Shown: positions 29,260 through 39,682 of the stretch, piece by piece | How the letters are laid out: every line of letters begins with the position of its first letter | How positions within the stretch are numbered: the first letter of the stretch is position 1 | Assembly (NCBI GenBank): GCA_964650305.1 | Contig: CAZYST010000002.1 | Location: 26,887-90,886 of the forward strand | Direction: 5' to 3' | DNA length: 64,000 bases | From: an uncultured Lachnospiraceae bacterium | GTDB lineage: Bacteria > Bacillota > Clostridia > TANB77 > CAG-508 | Notes under the pieces: model-generated | The model's input: only the letters and a program-made list of their open reading frames with translations | What the model was told of the DNA's origin: nothing | The model's database searches: none | Program-made: the position numbers and the translations under genes

Positions 29260-30278
29260 TAATTACCATTCCTTTTTAAAATATTTTTAAGTTTATCTAA
29301 GTCTTCCAATATCATTTGTGTTCCTTTTACAACACATTCTAAAGGATCGTCTGCTATATATACGGGTGTCTCGGTTTTTTCAGTCATTAATTTATCTAAG
29401 TTTTTTATTAAAGCTCCTCCTCCAGTAACTGTAATTCCTGTTACTGAAATATCAGATATAAGCTCTGGTGGCGTTTGCTCTAATGTGTTTTTTACAACAT
29501 CTATTATTTTTAAAACTGATTCTTTTATTGCAATTTCTATATCATTTGATGAAACTACTATATTTGTTGGTAAACCATTTGAAAGGTCTCTACCTCTTAT
29601 TTCCATTGTAAGTTCTGTCATAAGAGGAGTTGCACAACCTATTTGTTGCTTAATATTTTCTGCTGTAACTTCACCTATTATTAAATTATACCTTCTTTTT
29701 ATATAATTTATAATATCTTCTGTTATTTCATCTCCAGCTATTCTTAAAGATTCACTAACAACTATTCCACCCAAAGAAATAACTGCTACTTCTGTTGTTC
29801 CTCCACCTATATCTACTACAATATTTCCTTTAGCATCTGATATATCTAATCCAGATCCTATTGCTGCTGCCATTGGTTCATCAATTAAATATACTGCTCT
29901 TGCACCACTTGATAATATTGACTCTTCTACTGCTCTTTCTTCTACTTCTGTTATTCCAGATGGAACTCCTACTACAACTCTAGGTTTTAATATTCTGTAT
30001 TTGTTACATATATGTTCCATTATTGATTTTAACATTAACTTAGTTGCTGTAAAATCTGCTATCACTCCATCTTTTAATGGTCTAATAGCTTTTATATTTG
30101 TTGGTGTTCTACCTAGCATTTCTCTTGCTTCCAAACCATATGCTATAACTTCATTTGTTCTTTCATTTATAGCTACAACTGATGGTTCTCTATATACTAT
30201 TCCTTTTCCTTTTATTGCAACTAATATATTTGCTGTACCTAAATCTATTCCAATATCTTTACTAAAATTAAAATTCAT
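29259..30278 (-). CDS. mreB: Rod shape-determining actin homologue MreB
   Basis: DIGIDLGTANILVA, VVDIGGGTTEVAVISLGG and other actin/Hsp70 fold motifs. Confidence 0.95.
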   Translation of the reverse strand: MNFNFSKDIGIDLGTANILVAIKGKGIVYREPSVVAINERTNEVIAYGLEAREMLGRTPTNIKAIRPLKDGVIADFTATKLMLKSIMEHICNKYRILKPRVVVGVPSGITEVEERAVEESILSSGARAVYLIDEPMAAAIGSGLDISDAKGNIVVDIGGGTTEVAVISLGGIVVSESLRIAGDEITEDIINYIKRRYNLIIGEVTAENIKQQIGCATPLMTELTMEIRGRDLSNGLPTNIVVSSNDIEIAIKESVLKIIDVVKNTLEQTPPELISDISVTGITVTGGGALIKNLDKLMTEKTETPVYIADDPLECVVKGTQMILEDLDKLKNILKRNGN

Positions 30279-30289
30279 TATTCCTCCTG

Positions 30290-30955
30290 CTATATTATAC
30301 TTTTGTACTCTCCATCTCCAATTATTATATGATCCACAAGTTCTATTCCTAATATTTGCGCAGTTTCTTTTATTTTCTTAGTTGCAAGTATATCTTCATT
30401 ACTTGGACTACAACTTCCACTTGGATGATTGTGTAATAATATAATTTTAGGTATTTCTAATTTTATTGGCTCTGATAATATTTGTTTAATATCAAAAACA
30501 ACTTTATTTGAATTTCCACTTGCTATATTTACAACTTTTTTTACAATATTATTTGAATTTAAAAGTATTACTTTTACTATTTCTTGTTTTTCATATCTTA
30601 ATTCTTGCATAAAAACATTTGCCACATCAAAGCTTGATTTTAAACAAATTTTATCAATTTTTGTAGGTGTCATCATTCTTTTTGCTAATTCACCTACTGT
30701 TTTTAATTGAATTGCTTTTTTTATTCCTATGCCATTTATTTTCATTAATTCTTGTATAGAAACTTCTTGCAAAAATCTTATTCCATTATATTCTTCCATA
30801 TATGTGTTTATAAGATTCCACGCTATTTCTAAAGCATTTTTTTCTTTAGTACCAGTGTTTATTATAATAGCTAATAATTCTGCTACATTTAAGCTTTTCT
30901 CACCATAAAAAATAAATTTTTCTATTGGTCTTTCACTTTTGGGTAAGCTTTTCAA
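30290..30955 (-). CDS. radC: RadC-family JAB/MPN domain protein
   Basis: HhH-like N-domain and the JAMM motif LLHNHPSGSCSPSNEDI. Canonical position upstream of mreB. Confidence 0.85.
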   Translation of the reverse strand: MKSLPKSERPIEKFIFYGEKSLNVAELLAIIINTGTKEKNALEIAWNLINTYMEEYNGIRFLQEVSIQELMKINGIGIKKAIQLKTVGELAKRMMTPTKIDKICLKSSFDVANVFMQELRYEKQEIVKVILLNSNNIVKKVVNIASGNSNKVVFDIKQILSEPIKLEIPKIILLHNHPSGSCSPSNEDILATKKIKETAQILGIELVDHIIIGDGEYKSII

Positions 30956-30985
30956 AATTTTCCTTTCTGTTTACCCTATGTCTTA

Positions 30986-31255
30986 TTAGACTTTTCTATA
31001 TATAAAAATTGATATTGCCATTCCTATTATACTAGCGATATTAATTTTAAATAATACACTAAATGATACTTTTAATATATTTATATCCACTGTTACTGGG
31101 TTTGTTAATCCAAATTCTTCTCCATAACCTAGCCACCATAACCAATTTACTTGTTTGGCTAATTCTCCCAATAATCCACCTACTACTAATCCTGATAGAA
31201 TAAATATTAATAATATCCATATATTTTTATCTTTTGTTGCCATATTTACCTCCAT
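30986..31255 (-). CDS. DUF4321-family small membrane protein
   Basis: Two hydrophobic segments. The likely real start is ATG 31243 (MATKDKNIW...), because the GGAGG RBS overlaps the first ATG. Confidence 0.6.
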   Translation of the reverse strand: MEVNMATKDKNIWILLIFILSGLVVGGLLGELAKQVNWLWWLGYGEEFGLTNPVTVDINILKVSFSVLFKINIASIIGMAISIFIYRKV

Positions 31256-31458
31256 TTTTTCTTACGGAACTTTGTATTTTTTTACTTAACTATTATATAT
31301 TGATACCCTTTTTTTTTCAAGTAATTTATACACATTTTTTATTGTTTTATGAATAGAATTATTTTATAAATTTTAAGTTCTTTTCTTATACATTTTTTGA
31401 CATTTACTTTTACTGTATTTCTATTATAATTAATTTATACTAGTTTTGGAGGATTTAT

Positions 31459-32046
31459 ATGATTATAGAAAAAATTAAAGAAAACAAATTCAAAATTCTA
31501 CTTTCTTTAAAGGATTTAGAAAATAAAAATATTGATTTTCACTCTTTTATGTCTTCAAATATTGAAAATCAATCTATTTTTAAAGAAATTATTAAGCAGT
31601 TAAAATCTGAATATAATTTTTGTGCAGATATATCAAGCTTTTCAATAAGTACTTTTTATATTTACAATAAATCTTTTATTATAATCATAACAAGTTATCA
31701 AAAAAATGATACGTTTTCTCGTGTTATTACAAATAGGCATATTCCTGCTCTAAATGATATAAATATTTATAGATTTGAAAATTATAATGAAATGAAAATC
31801 TTTTTTGATTTTATAAAATCAGAATCGAATTTTCTATATAATTCATTATTAGATTGTTTAGTGTTTAATTATAACAATTTATTCTTTCTTGTAATAAATG
31901 AAAATGAAATTTCAGACGTTTTTTATACTACAATAGATAAATATCTTTCTGAATTTAGTTTTAAGATAAATAACCCCAATAATTTTTATATAAAGCTTAT
32001 TGAATATGGAAATAAAATTACACTTAAAAAAGCGATTTTAGAATAA
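31459..32046 (+). CDS. MecA-like adaptor protein (ClpC adaptor family)
   Basis: N-terminus MIIEKIKENKFKILLSLKDLENKNIDFHSF resembles the MecA N-domain. The C-terminus (LSEFS...IKLIEYGNKITLKKAI) resembles the MecA ClpC-binding domain. Confidence 0.6.
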   Translation: MIIEKIKENKFKILLSLKDLENKNIDFHSFMSSNIENQSIFKEIIKQLKSEYNFCADISSFSISTFYIYNKSFIIIITSYQKNDTFSRVITNRHIPALNDINIYRFENYNEMKIFFDFIKSESNFLYNSLLDCLVFNYNNLFFLVINENEISDVFYTTIDKYLSEFSFKINNPNNFYIKLIEYGNKITLKKAILE

Positions 32047-32071
32047 TCTAAAATCGCCTTTGTTTTATATC

Positions 32072-33085
32072 TTAATATAAATAATTTTGTGGATTTTTGG
32101 CTACACCATTTACTCTTACTTCTAAATGTAAATGTGGGCCAGTTGAATTTCCTGTAGACCCCACTGCTGCAATTACATCCCCTTGATTTACATATGTTCC
32201 AGCAGGATAATTTAATTTGCTACAATGTGCATAGTATGTTTGAACACCATTTCCGTGATCTATTACTATTAATTTTCCATATGAACCTTTTGTTCCAGAA
32301 TATATTATAGTTCCAGAAGCAGCTGCTTTTATTGGAACTCCTTTTGATGTTGCTATATCTAAACCTGTATGTGTTCCTCTTGATCTTCTACCAAATCTTG
32401 ATGTTATTGTTCCAGATATTGGTTTTATAAGATTTATACCTAATGCTGTATTTGAATAATCCATTGTTTTTTGTGTATTTATTTTTTTATTTAAACTTGT
32501 TTTTGCTTTTTCTACATATAGCCCACTTACTGCAAGTTCTGTTGTTGTAAATTCTTTTAATTCTGTTTCATATTTTAATGCATATGTTACATCATCTTTA
32601 TTTTTACTATTCTTATCTTTTAATGTTTGAAGAATTTGTTCACATTCTTCATATGTAGCTACATAATATTTTTCTACATTATTTTCCATTATTGCATAAT
32701 ATTTATAATATGGTATACCAGAAGCTATTACTTTATCAAATATTTCAGTATCATTTGAAGTTAAACCTTTTTTTAGAAAACATATACTATATTCTGGCAT
32801 ATTTTCTATTTCTACAAAAGCTACTGTTTTTCCATCACCATTTTTTCTATATGTATTAATCTTTTTTTGAAGCTGACTTTTGTTTTCTGTATATCCTATT
32901 TCTTCTCCATTAAATTCAACTACATACATTGGTTTATATACCACAAATAGTAGGAAAGCTATTGTTCCTAAAGCAATTAATAAAAGTATTATAAATTTTG
33001 TCCACATTCTTAAGTGAATTATAACATTTTTAAACATACTTGCTATGATAAACACTCCTTTTACACCTTTTCTTTTGCTTCTCAT
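32072..33085 (-). CDS. Membrane-anchored M23 (LytM-type) metallopeptidase
   Basis: N-terminal TM. HTGLDIA (HxxxD) and GPHLHLEVRVNG (HxH) motifs are intact. Confidence 0.85.
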   Translation of the reverse strand: MRSKRKGVKGVFIIASMFKNVIIHLRMWTKFIILLLIALGTIAFLLFVVYKPMYVVEFNGEEIGYTENKSQLQKKINTYRKNGDGKTVAFVEIENMPEYSICFLKKGLTSNDTEIFDKVIASGIPYYKYYAIMENNVEKYYVATYEECEQILQTLKDKNSKNKDDVTYALKYETELKEFTTTELAVSGLYVEKAKTSLNKKINTQKTMDYSNTALGINLIKPISGTITSRFGRRSRGTHTGLDIATSKGVPIKAAASGTIIYSGTKGSYGKLIVIDHGNGVQTYYAHCSKLNYPAGTYVNQGDVIAAVGSTGNSTGPHLHLEVRVNGVAKNPQNYLY

Positions 33086-33300
33086 ATTTTATATATTTTT
33101 TTAAAAAATTTCAATATCTAATATTACTTTTTTTTACATTTTTTTATTGTTAATCTTTCTTTTACTCATTTTTACTTTTATTTTTAATTTTTTTCACATT
33201 TCCCTATACAAATTTATATATTAACTTTATTCTATTTAAAATATTTATACTATGACTGTTATCTTCTTAATTTAAGAACATTAATTTCTAAATTTATTCA

Positions 33301-33336
33301 TAAAAGAGCCTTCCTAATATCAGGAAGGCTCTTTTA
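33301..33336. terminator. Bidirectional-looking rho-independent terminator downstream of the CotF-like pair
   Basis: 11-bp perfect stem AGAGCCTTCCT/AGGAAGGCTCT with T-rich flanks on both strands. Confidence 0.6.
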
Positions 33337-33415
33337 AACTTTAGCATAATATTATAAACTTTTTTCTATACTTTGTAATAAATTTATATATAATTTTGTT
33401 TTTTCAATAAAATGC

Positions 33416-33661
33416 TTATGCTTTTAAATCATTTTTTACTTTTTCTATTTCTTCTGGTTTAGCATTTTCTGCAGGTACATAATAACCTTTTGCTTCTGCA
33501 AGCTTGAATAATTCATACTGAAAACTTTCATCTGCATTTCTTAAATTTTGAAAAGTTTGCCTTAATTCTAAATTTGCTGTTTCAGTAATAGCTCCAGAAT
33601 AGTCCTTTATTGAATTTTTTACACATGATAAAACATCATTCACAATAGCTTTTTCTTCCAT
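33416..33661 (-). CDS. Spore coat protein, CotF-family
   Basis: Coat-F-like pattern VNDVLSCVKNSIKDYSGAITETANLELRQTFQN...AKGYYVP. Confidence 0.6.
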   Translation of the reverse strand: MEEKAIVNDVLSCVKNSIKDYSGAITETANLELRQTFQNLRNADESFQYELFKLAEAKGYYVPAENAKPEEIEKVKNDLKA

Positions 33662-33669
33662 TTTTCCTC

Positions 33670-33855
33670 CTAATTAAAAAAAGATAACAATTTTTGTTTT
33701 GAATTTAAAGTATCTTGTGCTGCTTTATTTAAAATTTGCTTAATTTGTGGATCTACAGCCATATCCGCATAATTTGTAAATTTACTATAGTTTGTTTCCT
33801 TAGCACCTATAAAACTCCTTAAATTTTGTAATTCCATTTGATTTAAAGTTCCCAT
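33670..33855 (-). CDS. Small spore-coat-associated protein, partner of the CotF-like gene
   Basis: 61-aa helical ORF with GGAGG upstream, 8 nt from the CotF-like gene. Pattern MELQNLRSFIGAKETNYSKFTNYADMAVDPQIKQIL. Confidence 0.4.
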   Translation of the reverse strand: MGTLNQMELQNLRSFIGAKETNYSKFTNYADMAVDPQIKQILNKAAQDTLNSKQKLLSFFN

Positions 33856-33976
33856 TATATTCCTCCTTTTTGTTTTCTTTTTATATTATTGTTCAAATTC
33901 TAAAATTTATTCAAAAACAATTATAGTTATAAAAAAAGGACTTAGATGTTTTCATCTAAGTCCTTTTTTTATTTTC

Positions 33977-35875
33977 TTATGATAATTTTTTTCTATACGC
34001 TTCTATAAAATCTTTTACTTTCTCTCTATTATATGCTTGTTGTTTTGTAAGTTCTGTTGTAACTTCTTTTATATTGCTTAATTCTTCTCTTAATTCTTTG
34101 TTTATATCTACACTGCTATTTTTATCTATCATTTCTTTTATGTTTTCAATTTCAATTTTTAATTCATTAAATTCTGTAACAGAAATTGTTTTATTGTTCA
34201 TAACATATTGTATAAATAAATTCTTTATATTGCTTATTTCATTACTTATATTTTCCATTTTATATTGCATAAAGTTTACATCTGACAAAGCTTCATTTTC
34301 TGATGTTGTAACAGCCATTGGTGCATTTTCAACTGGTTTATTAGTGATATTTACATTATTTTCCATTTCAAATGATGAAATATCTACTTTTTCTTTATTT
34401 TTTTCTGCTTCATCAATAAGTTCTTTTACTGTTCTTATTCTTTTATCTTTATCGTTTTCTTCAAGAACTCCTGTCTTTTGATCACTATAATAATATTTTT
34501 CTTTATAAGAACTTTCTTCCATAGGGTATTTATTCAATACTACACCTGTTATTTTAGCACCAACATTTTCTAGAAGTTTTTTTACTTTTAACAGATTATC
34601 TATCTTTGTAACTTTATGTGCAACAACAATAATAACATTATCTACGAATTTTGCTATTGCCACACTATCTGATACAAGTATTGATGGTGTTCCATCTATA
34701 ATTACCATATCATAAATTTCATCTAAAACTTGTAGTAATTCTATCATTTTTCTTGAAGATAATAATTCAGAAGGATTTGTTGGTCTATCTCCAGAAGTTA
34801 TTATATGTACATCTGGAATTGAAGTTGTTTTTATATATCTTGAAACTGTTTCTGCATTAACAACTTTAGTTTCAGATAAGAAATTTGAAAGACCTTTTGA
34901 GTTACCAACTTTAAATATTGTATTTTGTCTACCTTTTCTCATATCAGCATCTATTATTAAGATTTTTTTATTTGATCTTGCAAGAGCTACTGCTAAGTTA
35001 GAAGAAACATAACTTTTTCCTTCACCACTATAACTGCTTGTTACTAATATATTTTTTATTTTTTGATTTTTTTGTGCAAAAGTTAAATTTGTTCTTAATG
35101 TTCTAAAAGCTTCTGTTGTTGGCATATCCACACCATTTAATCTTTTTTCTGCTCTTTTTTCTCTTCTATTTTTTGTTTTTGATGTTATATCATCTTTTTC
35201 TAATAATGGTATTGTTCCAAGCGAAGGTAATTGTGCACTTTCTTCTATATCTTCTTCTTGTTTTATAGTTGTATCTAGCATATATACTATTAATACTACA
35301 CCTACTGAAGCAAAAATTCCTATTACTGTAAATATTAGCATATCTTTAACATGATTTATATTATATGGCTCTTCTGCTTTTTCAGCTTCATCTAAAATAT
35401 TAACATTACTTATATTATAAATTTCTTTTACTTGTTTAGAAAATACTTTAGCAATTTCATTTGCAACATCTTTAGAAAATTGAGAAGTTAAGCTTGATAC
35501 TTCGATTTTTAAAATTGTTGAATTATCTGCTGTTGAAGTTGATATCATTTTTGCAAGTTCTTCATGATCAACATCTAATGCTAGATTTTGTATAACTTCT
35601 CTTAAAACCTTTTTAGATTTTATAACTTCTGTATATGTATCTAATAGATTTTTATTCATTGTGATATCTGTTTGCGTTATAGAATTTGTAGAATCTAAAT
35701 CATTTTCATTAGATACTTGAGTAAGTGCAATTTTCGTATACGATTTATACTTTGGTTTATTATATGCAAATGAATATACAATTCCTACGCAACTGAAGAA
35801 TACCATTATAATAACTAAATATAATTTTAAAGTATACGCTGTTTTTGTTAATCTTTTTAAATCAATTTCTTCCAT
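33977..35875 (-). CDS. Fused Wzz-type modulator and BY-type protein tyrosine autokinase (CpsC+CpsD-like) with a ~165-aa coiled-coil C-terminal extension
   Basis: Two TM helices flank a Wzz-like domain. Walker A SSYSGEGKS, A' IIDADMRKG, B VIIDGTP. Tyr cluster SSYKEKYYYSD. Confidence 0.85.
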   Translation of the reverse strand: MEEIDLKRLTKTAYTLKLYLVIIMVFFSCVGIVYSFAYNKPKYKSYTKIALTQVSNENDLDSTNSITQTDITMNKNLLDTYTEVIKSKKVLREVIQNLALDVDHEELAKMISTSTADNSTILKIEVSSLTSQFSKDVANEIAKVFSKQVKEIYNISNVNILDEAEKAEEPYNINHVKDMLIFTVIGIFASVGVVLIVYMLDTTIKQEEDIEESAQLPSLGTIPLLEKDDITSKTKNRREKRAEKRLNGVDMPTTEAFRTLRTNLTFAQKNQKIKNILVTSSYSGEGKSYVSSNLAVALARSNKKILIIDADMRKGRQNTIFKVGNSKGLSNFLSETKVVNAETVSRYIKTTSIPDVHIITSGDRPTNPSELLSSRKMIELLQVLDEIYDMVIIDGTPSILVSDSVAIAKFVDNVIIVVAHKVTKIDNLLKVKKLLENVGAKITGVVLNKYPMEESSYKEKYYYSDQKTGVLEENDKDKRIRTVKELIDEAEKNKEKVDISSFEMENNVNITNKPVENAPMAVTTSENEALSDVNFMQYKMENISNEISNIKNLFIQYVMNNKTISVTEFNELKIEIENIKEMIDKNSSVDINKELREELSNIKEVTTELTKQQAYNREKVKDFIEAYRKKLS

Positions 35876-35985
35876 AATCTTTTGTTATTTGAGTATAACT
35901 CTTTTCCTCCTTTTTTCTTCTGTAAAACATATTCCCGTAAATGTTACATAATTCAACTTTATTATACATATGATTTTTTTTTTAA

Positions 35986-36744
35986 TCAATAGTATTTACT
36001 TAAAAATTTTATTTTTGGTTCTTTAGTTATTAATTCGCTATTATTTAAAACTAATTTAGGATTTTCTTCTGTGTAGATATTAAAGTCTTTTTCACCAATA
36101 ATTTTCTTTATTTTTTTATTAATCTTATCCATTTCTAAATAAATAGTTTTATCTCTATGTGTATCTGTAGCTAATATATGTATTAAATTTCTTTTCAATA
36201 ATTTTTTTATTGTTTTTTTAGCTTCTCTACCATAAAAACCTAAAATGCTAGCATAATTTCCTTGAAAATATATTCCTCTATTTATAAAATCAACAAAATA
36301 ATTTGGATTTTTTTGCACATATTTGTATCTTTCAGGATGTGCTATAATAATTTTATATCCTTTTTCTAAAATTTCTGTAAACGCTTCATGTAAGTATTTT
36401 ATTTCTTGAGTCATTGGCAATTCTATTAAAAGATATTTTGTATTTCCTATACACGAAATTTTTTTACTATCTAAGTTGTCTATTATTTTATCATTTATAT
36501 AAATTTCATTTCCTAAAACAATATTAATATCAATCTTTTCTTCAATTGCTTTTGCTCTTAAAGAGCTTATCTTATCTTCATTTTCTCTTTTATTTTTTAT
36601 AAATCTATTTTCAAAATAGTGTGGAGTACAACAAACTGTATTAAAACCTGCATTTTTAGCTTCTTTTAGCATATTTATCGATTGTTCCATACTTTTAGAT
36701 CCATCATCTGTTTCTGGTAGAATATGTGTATGCAAATCTATCAT
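35986..36744 (-). CDS. PHP-family protein-tyrosine phosphatase (CpsB/YwqE type)
   Basis: MIDLHTHILPETDDGSKS...CCTPHY...IAHPERY...LATDTH metal-binding motifs. Confidence 0.85.
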   Translation of the reverse strand: MIDLHTHILPETDDGSKSMEQSINMLKEAKNAGFNTVCCTPHYFENRFIKNKRENEDKISSLRAKAIEEKIDINIVLGNEIYINDKIIDNLDSKKISCIGNTKYLLIELPMTQEIKYLHEAFTEILEKGYKIIIAHPERYKYVQKNPNYFVDFINRGIYFQGNYASILGFYGREAKKTIKKLLKRNLIHILATDTHRDKTIYLEMDKINKKIKKIIGEKDFNIYTEENPKLVLNNSELITKEPKIKFLSKYY

Positions 36745-36771
36745 TTATTTTTCCTCCTATATATTTTTTTA

Positions 36772-36800
36772 TTGACAAAACAATTTCATTGTTTTATAAT
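36772..36800 (+). promoter_or_regulatory. Consensus sigma-A promoter of tRNA-Lys
   Basis: TTGACA (36772-36777), a 17-nt spacer and TATAAT (36795-36800), 19 nt upstream of the tRNA 5' end. Confidence 0.7.
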
Positions 36801-36819
36801 GTACTAAGTTATTAATAAT

Positions 36820-36895
36820 GCGCCATTAGCTCAGTTGGTAGAGCAGTTGACTCTTAATCAAATGGTCGGAGGTTCGATTCCTCTATGGCGCACCA
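36820..36895 (+). tRNA. tRNA-Lys: tRNA-Lys (anticodon CUU), CCA encoded
   Basis: Hand-folded cloverleaf: acceptor GCGCCAT/ATGGCGC, D arm GCTC-AGTTGGTA-GAGC, anticodon loop CTCTTAA, T arm GGAGG-TTCGATT-CCTCT, ACCA end. Confidence 0.95.
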
Positions 36896-36927
36896 AAGAG
36901 TTCTTGTAAAAGAACTCTTTTTTATTT
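36896..36927 (+). terminator. Rho-independent terminator of tRNA-Lys
   Basis: 10-bp perfect stem AAGAGTTCTT/AAGAACTCTT, GTAA loop, then TTTTATTTT. Confidence 0.8.
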
Positions 36928-36955
36928 TAAACAAGCAGTATTTTAAAATACTGCT

Positions 36956-38860
36956 TTATGGTCCTACTCTTACTATTGATTTCATAGCATTATATGTATC
37001 ATTTGATATTATTTCTTTTGACAATACAACACCATTTAATCTAGTTTCTTTATATGTTGTAACTTTACATCCACTACTACCTTTTTGAGTAACTATTCTG
37101 CTTCCTGGCGCTAAACTTGCATCAACTATTTCTTGTGTTGTGTATGGTATTGTTTGTGTTATAACTGGTAATATTTTTATTTCGTATTCATTTTCTTCTT
37201 TAATTCCATATATTACAAATTCTAATATTCCACTTTGTACTGTAACATCAATCTTTACTGGATAATTTCTTGTATTAGTAAATTTTAAATCCTTAACTCC
37301 ATATACAACTGTTGCATCTTTTCCAGCTGCTAAATATGAAGTTTTAAAAGAATGGTTATATCTTTCATCTATTTTCAAATTCGCAAGTAATACTGCATTA
37401 TATAATGTAGAAGAAACTTGGCATATTCCTCCTGCTAATCCATCCACAACTTCTCCGTTTTGATATATCTTTGCATTTTTATAACCTTCTTCTATTGTTC
37501 TTTTTCCAACAACAGCATTAAAAGAAAAACTTTCTCCTGGCATTAATACTGTTCCTTTTATTTTATTTGCTGAAATTTCCAAATTTCCAGTTCTGTTTGT
37601 GTTTGTGATATCATATCTTGTTGAAAACTTAGATATTGTATATGGAAAAGCTTCTGCTCCTAACTCTTTTACTGTTTTTTGTGGTTTGGTTATTTTAAGT
37701 TTAAATCTATATTCATCTTGTTCTTCTTTATCCACTATATTTTGTAATTCTTCTACTGAATTTTCTAAATCTATCCCATCAGATTCTGATACTATTTGAA
37801 AAGGTTCTTGTATAAAATACGCATCTTGTGGTTCTTTATATATTTCTTCTTGAATTTTTTCCATATCTATTTTTTCTGGTTCAGAATATTCCACAGGTAT
37901 TTCTAAAATTTCATAATTTTGATTTTCTAACACTATATTTGATGCATTTCTATTCTTTATAGTTTCTAATATTTTTTTCTTTAATTCTTCTTTATTTACT
38001 TTTACTCCAGCAGTTCCTCTATTTACAACAAGTTCTCCTTCTTCTATGTAATAACTTGGATTTACTACAACATCTGGTATTGTTGCTGCAATATTGTCTA
38101 TAGCTAAATTAAAAATTTCATCATTATATAAAGGTTCTAAATCTATATTTTTTTCAAAAAAAGCTGTGAATAATATTTTGTAATTATTTATTAAAATATT
38201 TTCACTTCTACCAGTTTGATATGCTTCTTTTATAGCGTTTTCTATATCATAAGAATATTCAATACTATTAGGTTTTAATGTTGTTTCAAAAGTTTTATAT
38301 TGTAGTTTAATTTCTGGTAATAATTCTATATTTATACTCTCATTTACTTTATTTTTAGCATCTTCTATTGATAAATTTGATACATCTATGTTTTTTATTT
38401 TTATACCTTTTATTATTGTAGTGCAATTTAAATTTATTAAAGCAAATATAGTTGAGAAAACAATAATTATTATCACTGTTAAAAATATATTTAATGCTAT
38501 ATATGTTCTTTTTTTGCTTTGACATTCTCTGTTTTTTATTAATTCTATTTGCTTTTCTTCCACATTAATTAGTTTTTTAGATGCACTTTCGTCTTTTTTT
38601 TCAGTATCTTCTTTAATATCAACTCCTTCTATTTTTTCATTTTCACTATCTTCTTCTACTTTTTGCTTTTCCTTATTTTTAGACTTTGATTCTTTTGTTT
38701 CAACATTTTTATTATCTTTTGAACTAGTATTTTCTTTTCCCTGTTTTTTTGAAGATTTATCTATTTCCTTTTTATCATCTATATTATTTATTTCTTGAAC
38801 TTTTAATCCTTCTTCTATTTCTTCTATATTTTTTCTACTTTTATTTTTTTTAGAAGCCAT
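36956..38860 (-). CDS. VanW-family protein with C-terminal G5 domain and a Lys/Glu-rich N-terminal cytoplasmic tail
   Basis: ~110-aa K/E/S-rich N-terminus, one TM, VanW core (GGICQVSSTLYNAVLLANL), G5-like C-terminus (TQTIPYTTQEIVDASLAPGSRIVTQKGSSG). Confidence 0.8.
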   Translation of the reverse strand: MASKKNKSRKNIEEIEEGLKVQEINNIDDKKEIDKSSKKQGKENTSSKDNKNVETKESKSKNKEKQKVEEDSENEKIEGVDIKEDTEKKDESASKKLINVEEKQIELIKNRECQSKKRTYIALNIFLTVIIIIVFSTIFALINLNCTTIIKGIKIKNIDVSNLSIEDAKNKVNESINIELLPEIKLQYKTFETTLKPNSIEYSYDIENAIKEAYQTGRSENILINNYKILFTAFFEKNIDLEPLYNDEIFNLAIDNIAATIPDVVVNPSYYIEEGELVVNRGTAGVKVNKEELKKKILETIKNRNASNIVLENQNYEILEIPVEYSEPEKIDMEKIQEEIYKEPQDAYFIQEPFQIVSESDGIDLENSVEELQNIVDKEEQDEYRFKLKITKPQKTVKELGAEAFPYTISKFSTRYDITNTNRTGNLEISANKIKGTVLMPGESFSFNAVVGKRTIEEGYKNAKIYQNGEVVDGLAGGICQVSSTLYNAVLLANLKIDERYNHSFKTSYLAAGKDATVVYGVKDLKFTNTRNYPVKIDVTVQSGILEFVIYGIKEENEYEIKILPVITQTIPYTTQEIVDASLAPGSRIVTQKGSSGCKVTTYKETRLNGVVLSKEIISNDTYNAMKSIVRVGP

Positions 38861-38971
38861 TTTTTATCTTCCTTCCGTACAAAAAATTCTTTTTAAATAT
38901 TATCATATGTACCTTTTTTCTGCAATATAAATTTACACTAGACAACAAAAAAATTTATATATATAATTATT

Positions 38972-39568
38972 TTGACAAATAATTTAAGTGAGGTAAGAAA
39001 AATGATAGGTGAAATGATTTCAAGAGTAAGAAAAGAAAAAGGCATTACAAAAACAAAACTATCTCAAGTCACAGAGATAAACATTGGTCATTTAACGCAT
39101 ATTGAAAAGGGTGAAAGAAATCCTAGTCATAAAGCATTAAAATCCATTTGCTCAGCTCTAAATATTCCTTACCAACAGTTATTATATACATATGATAAAG
39201 ATCTTACAGAAGAACAAAAAGATTATAATTATATTGATAAAATATCTTATAACACTATTCCTGCAATATCTAAAATAGATGATTATATAGGCTGTCCTGC
39301 AGAATATTCAAATGCATCTTTCGCATACAAAGTAAGTGATAATTCAATGTCACCAGTTATAAAAGAAAACACATATGTGTATGTAGAACTATGTGGATTA
39401 CTTTCTAATAAAGACATAGGTATCTTTAAATATGAAAATCAAATATTAATTAGAAGATTAATTTATAAAAGAAAGAAATTCGTTTTAAGGGCTGATAATA
39501 AAGAATTTGAGGATATTAATATAGCTAATAATTCAGATTTTCAAATTATTGGAAAAATATATATCTAA
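38972..39568 (+). CDS. XRE-family HTH repressor fused to an S24 (LexA/CI-like) peptidase domain
   Basis: HTH KGITKTKLSQVTEINIGHLTHIEKGERNPS. S24 nucleophile context VSDNSMSPVI and a downstream Lys (RRLIYKRK). The likely real start is ATG 39002 with GTGAGGT upstream; the track start 38972 is TTG. Confidence 0.75.
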   Translation: MTNNLSEVRKMIGEMISRVRKEKGITKTKLSQVTEINIGHLTHIEKGERNPSHKALKSICSALNIPYQQLLYTYDKDLTEEQKDYNYIDKISYNTIPAISKIDDYIGCPAEYSNASFAYKVSDNSMSPVIKENTYVYVELCGLLSNKDIGIFKYENQILIRRLIYKRKKFVLRADNKEFEDINIANNSDFQIIGKIYI

Positions 39569-39682
39569 AAAGAAAGCAGATCTGCTTTCTTTTATTTTAC
39601 ATTTTTATTACATTTGTCTTTTCTATTGAATTAACTTTAGATTAAATATATAATAATCATAGTTATTTACAGAGGAGAAATT

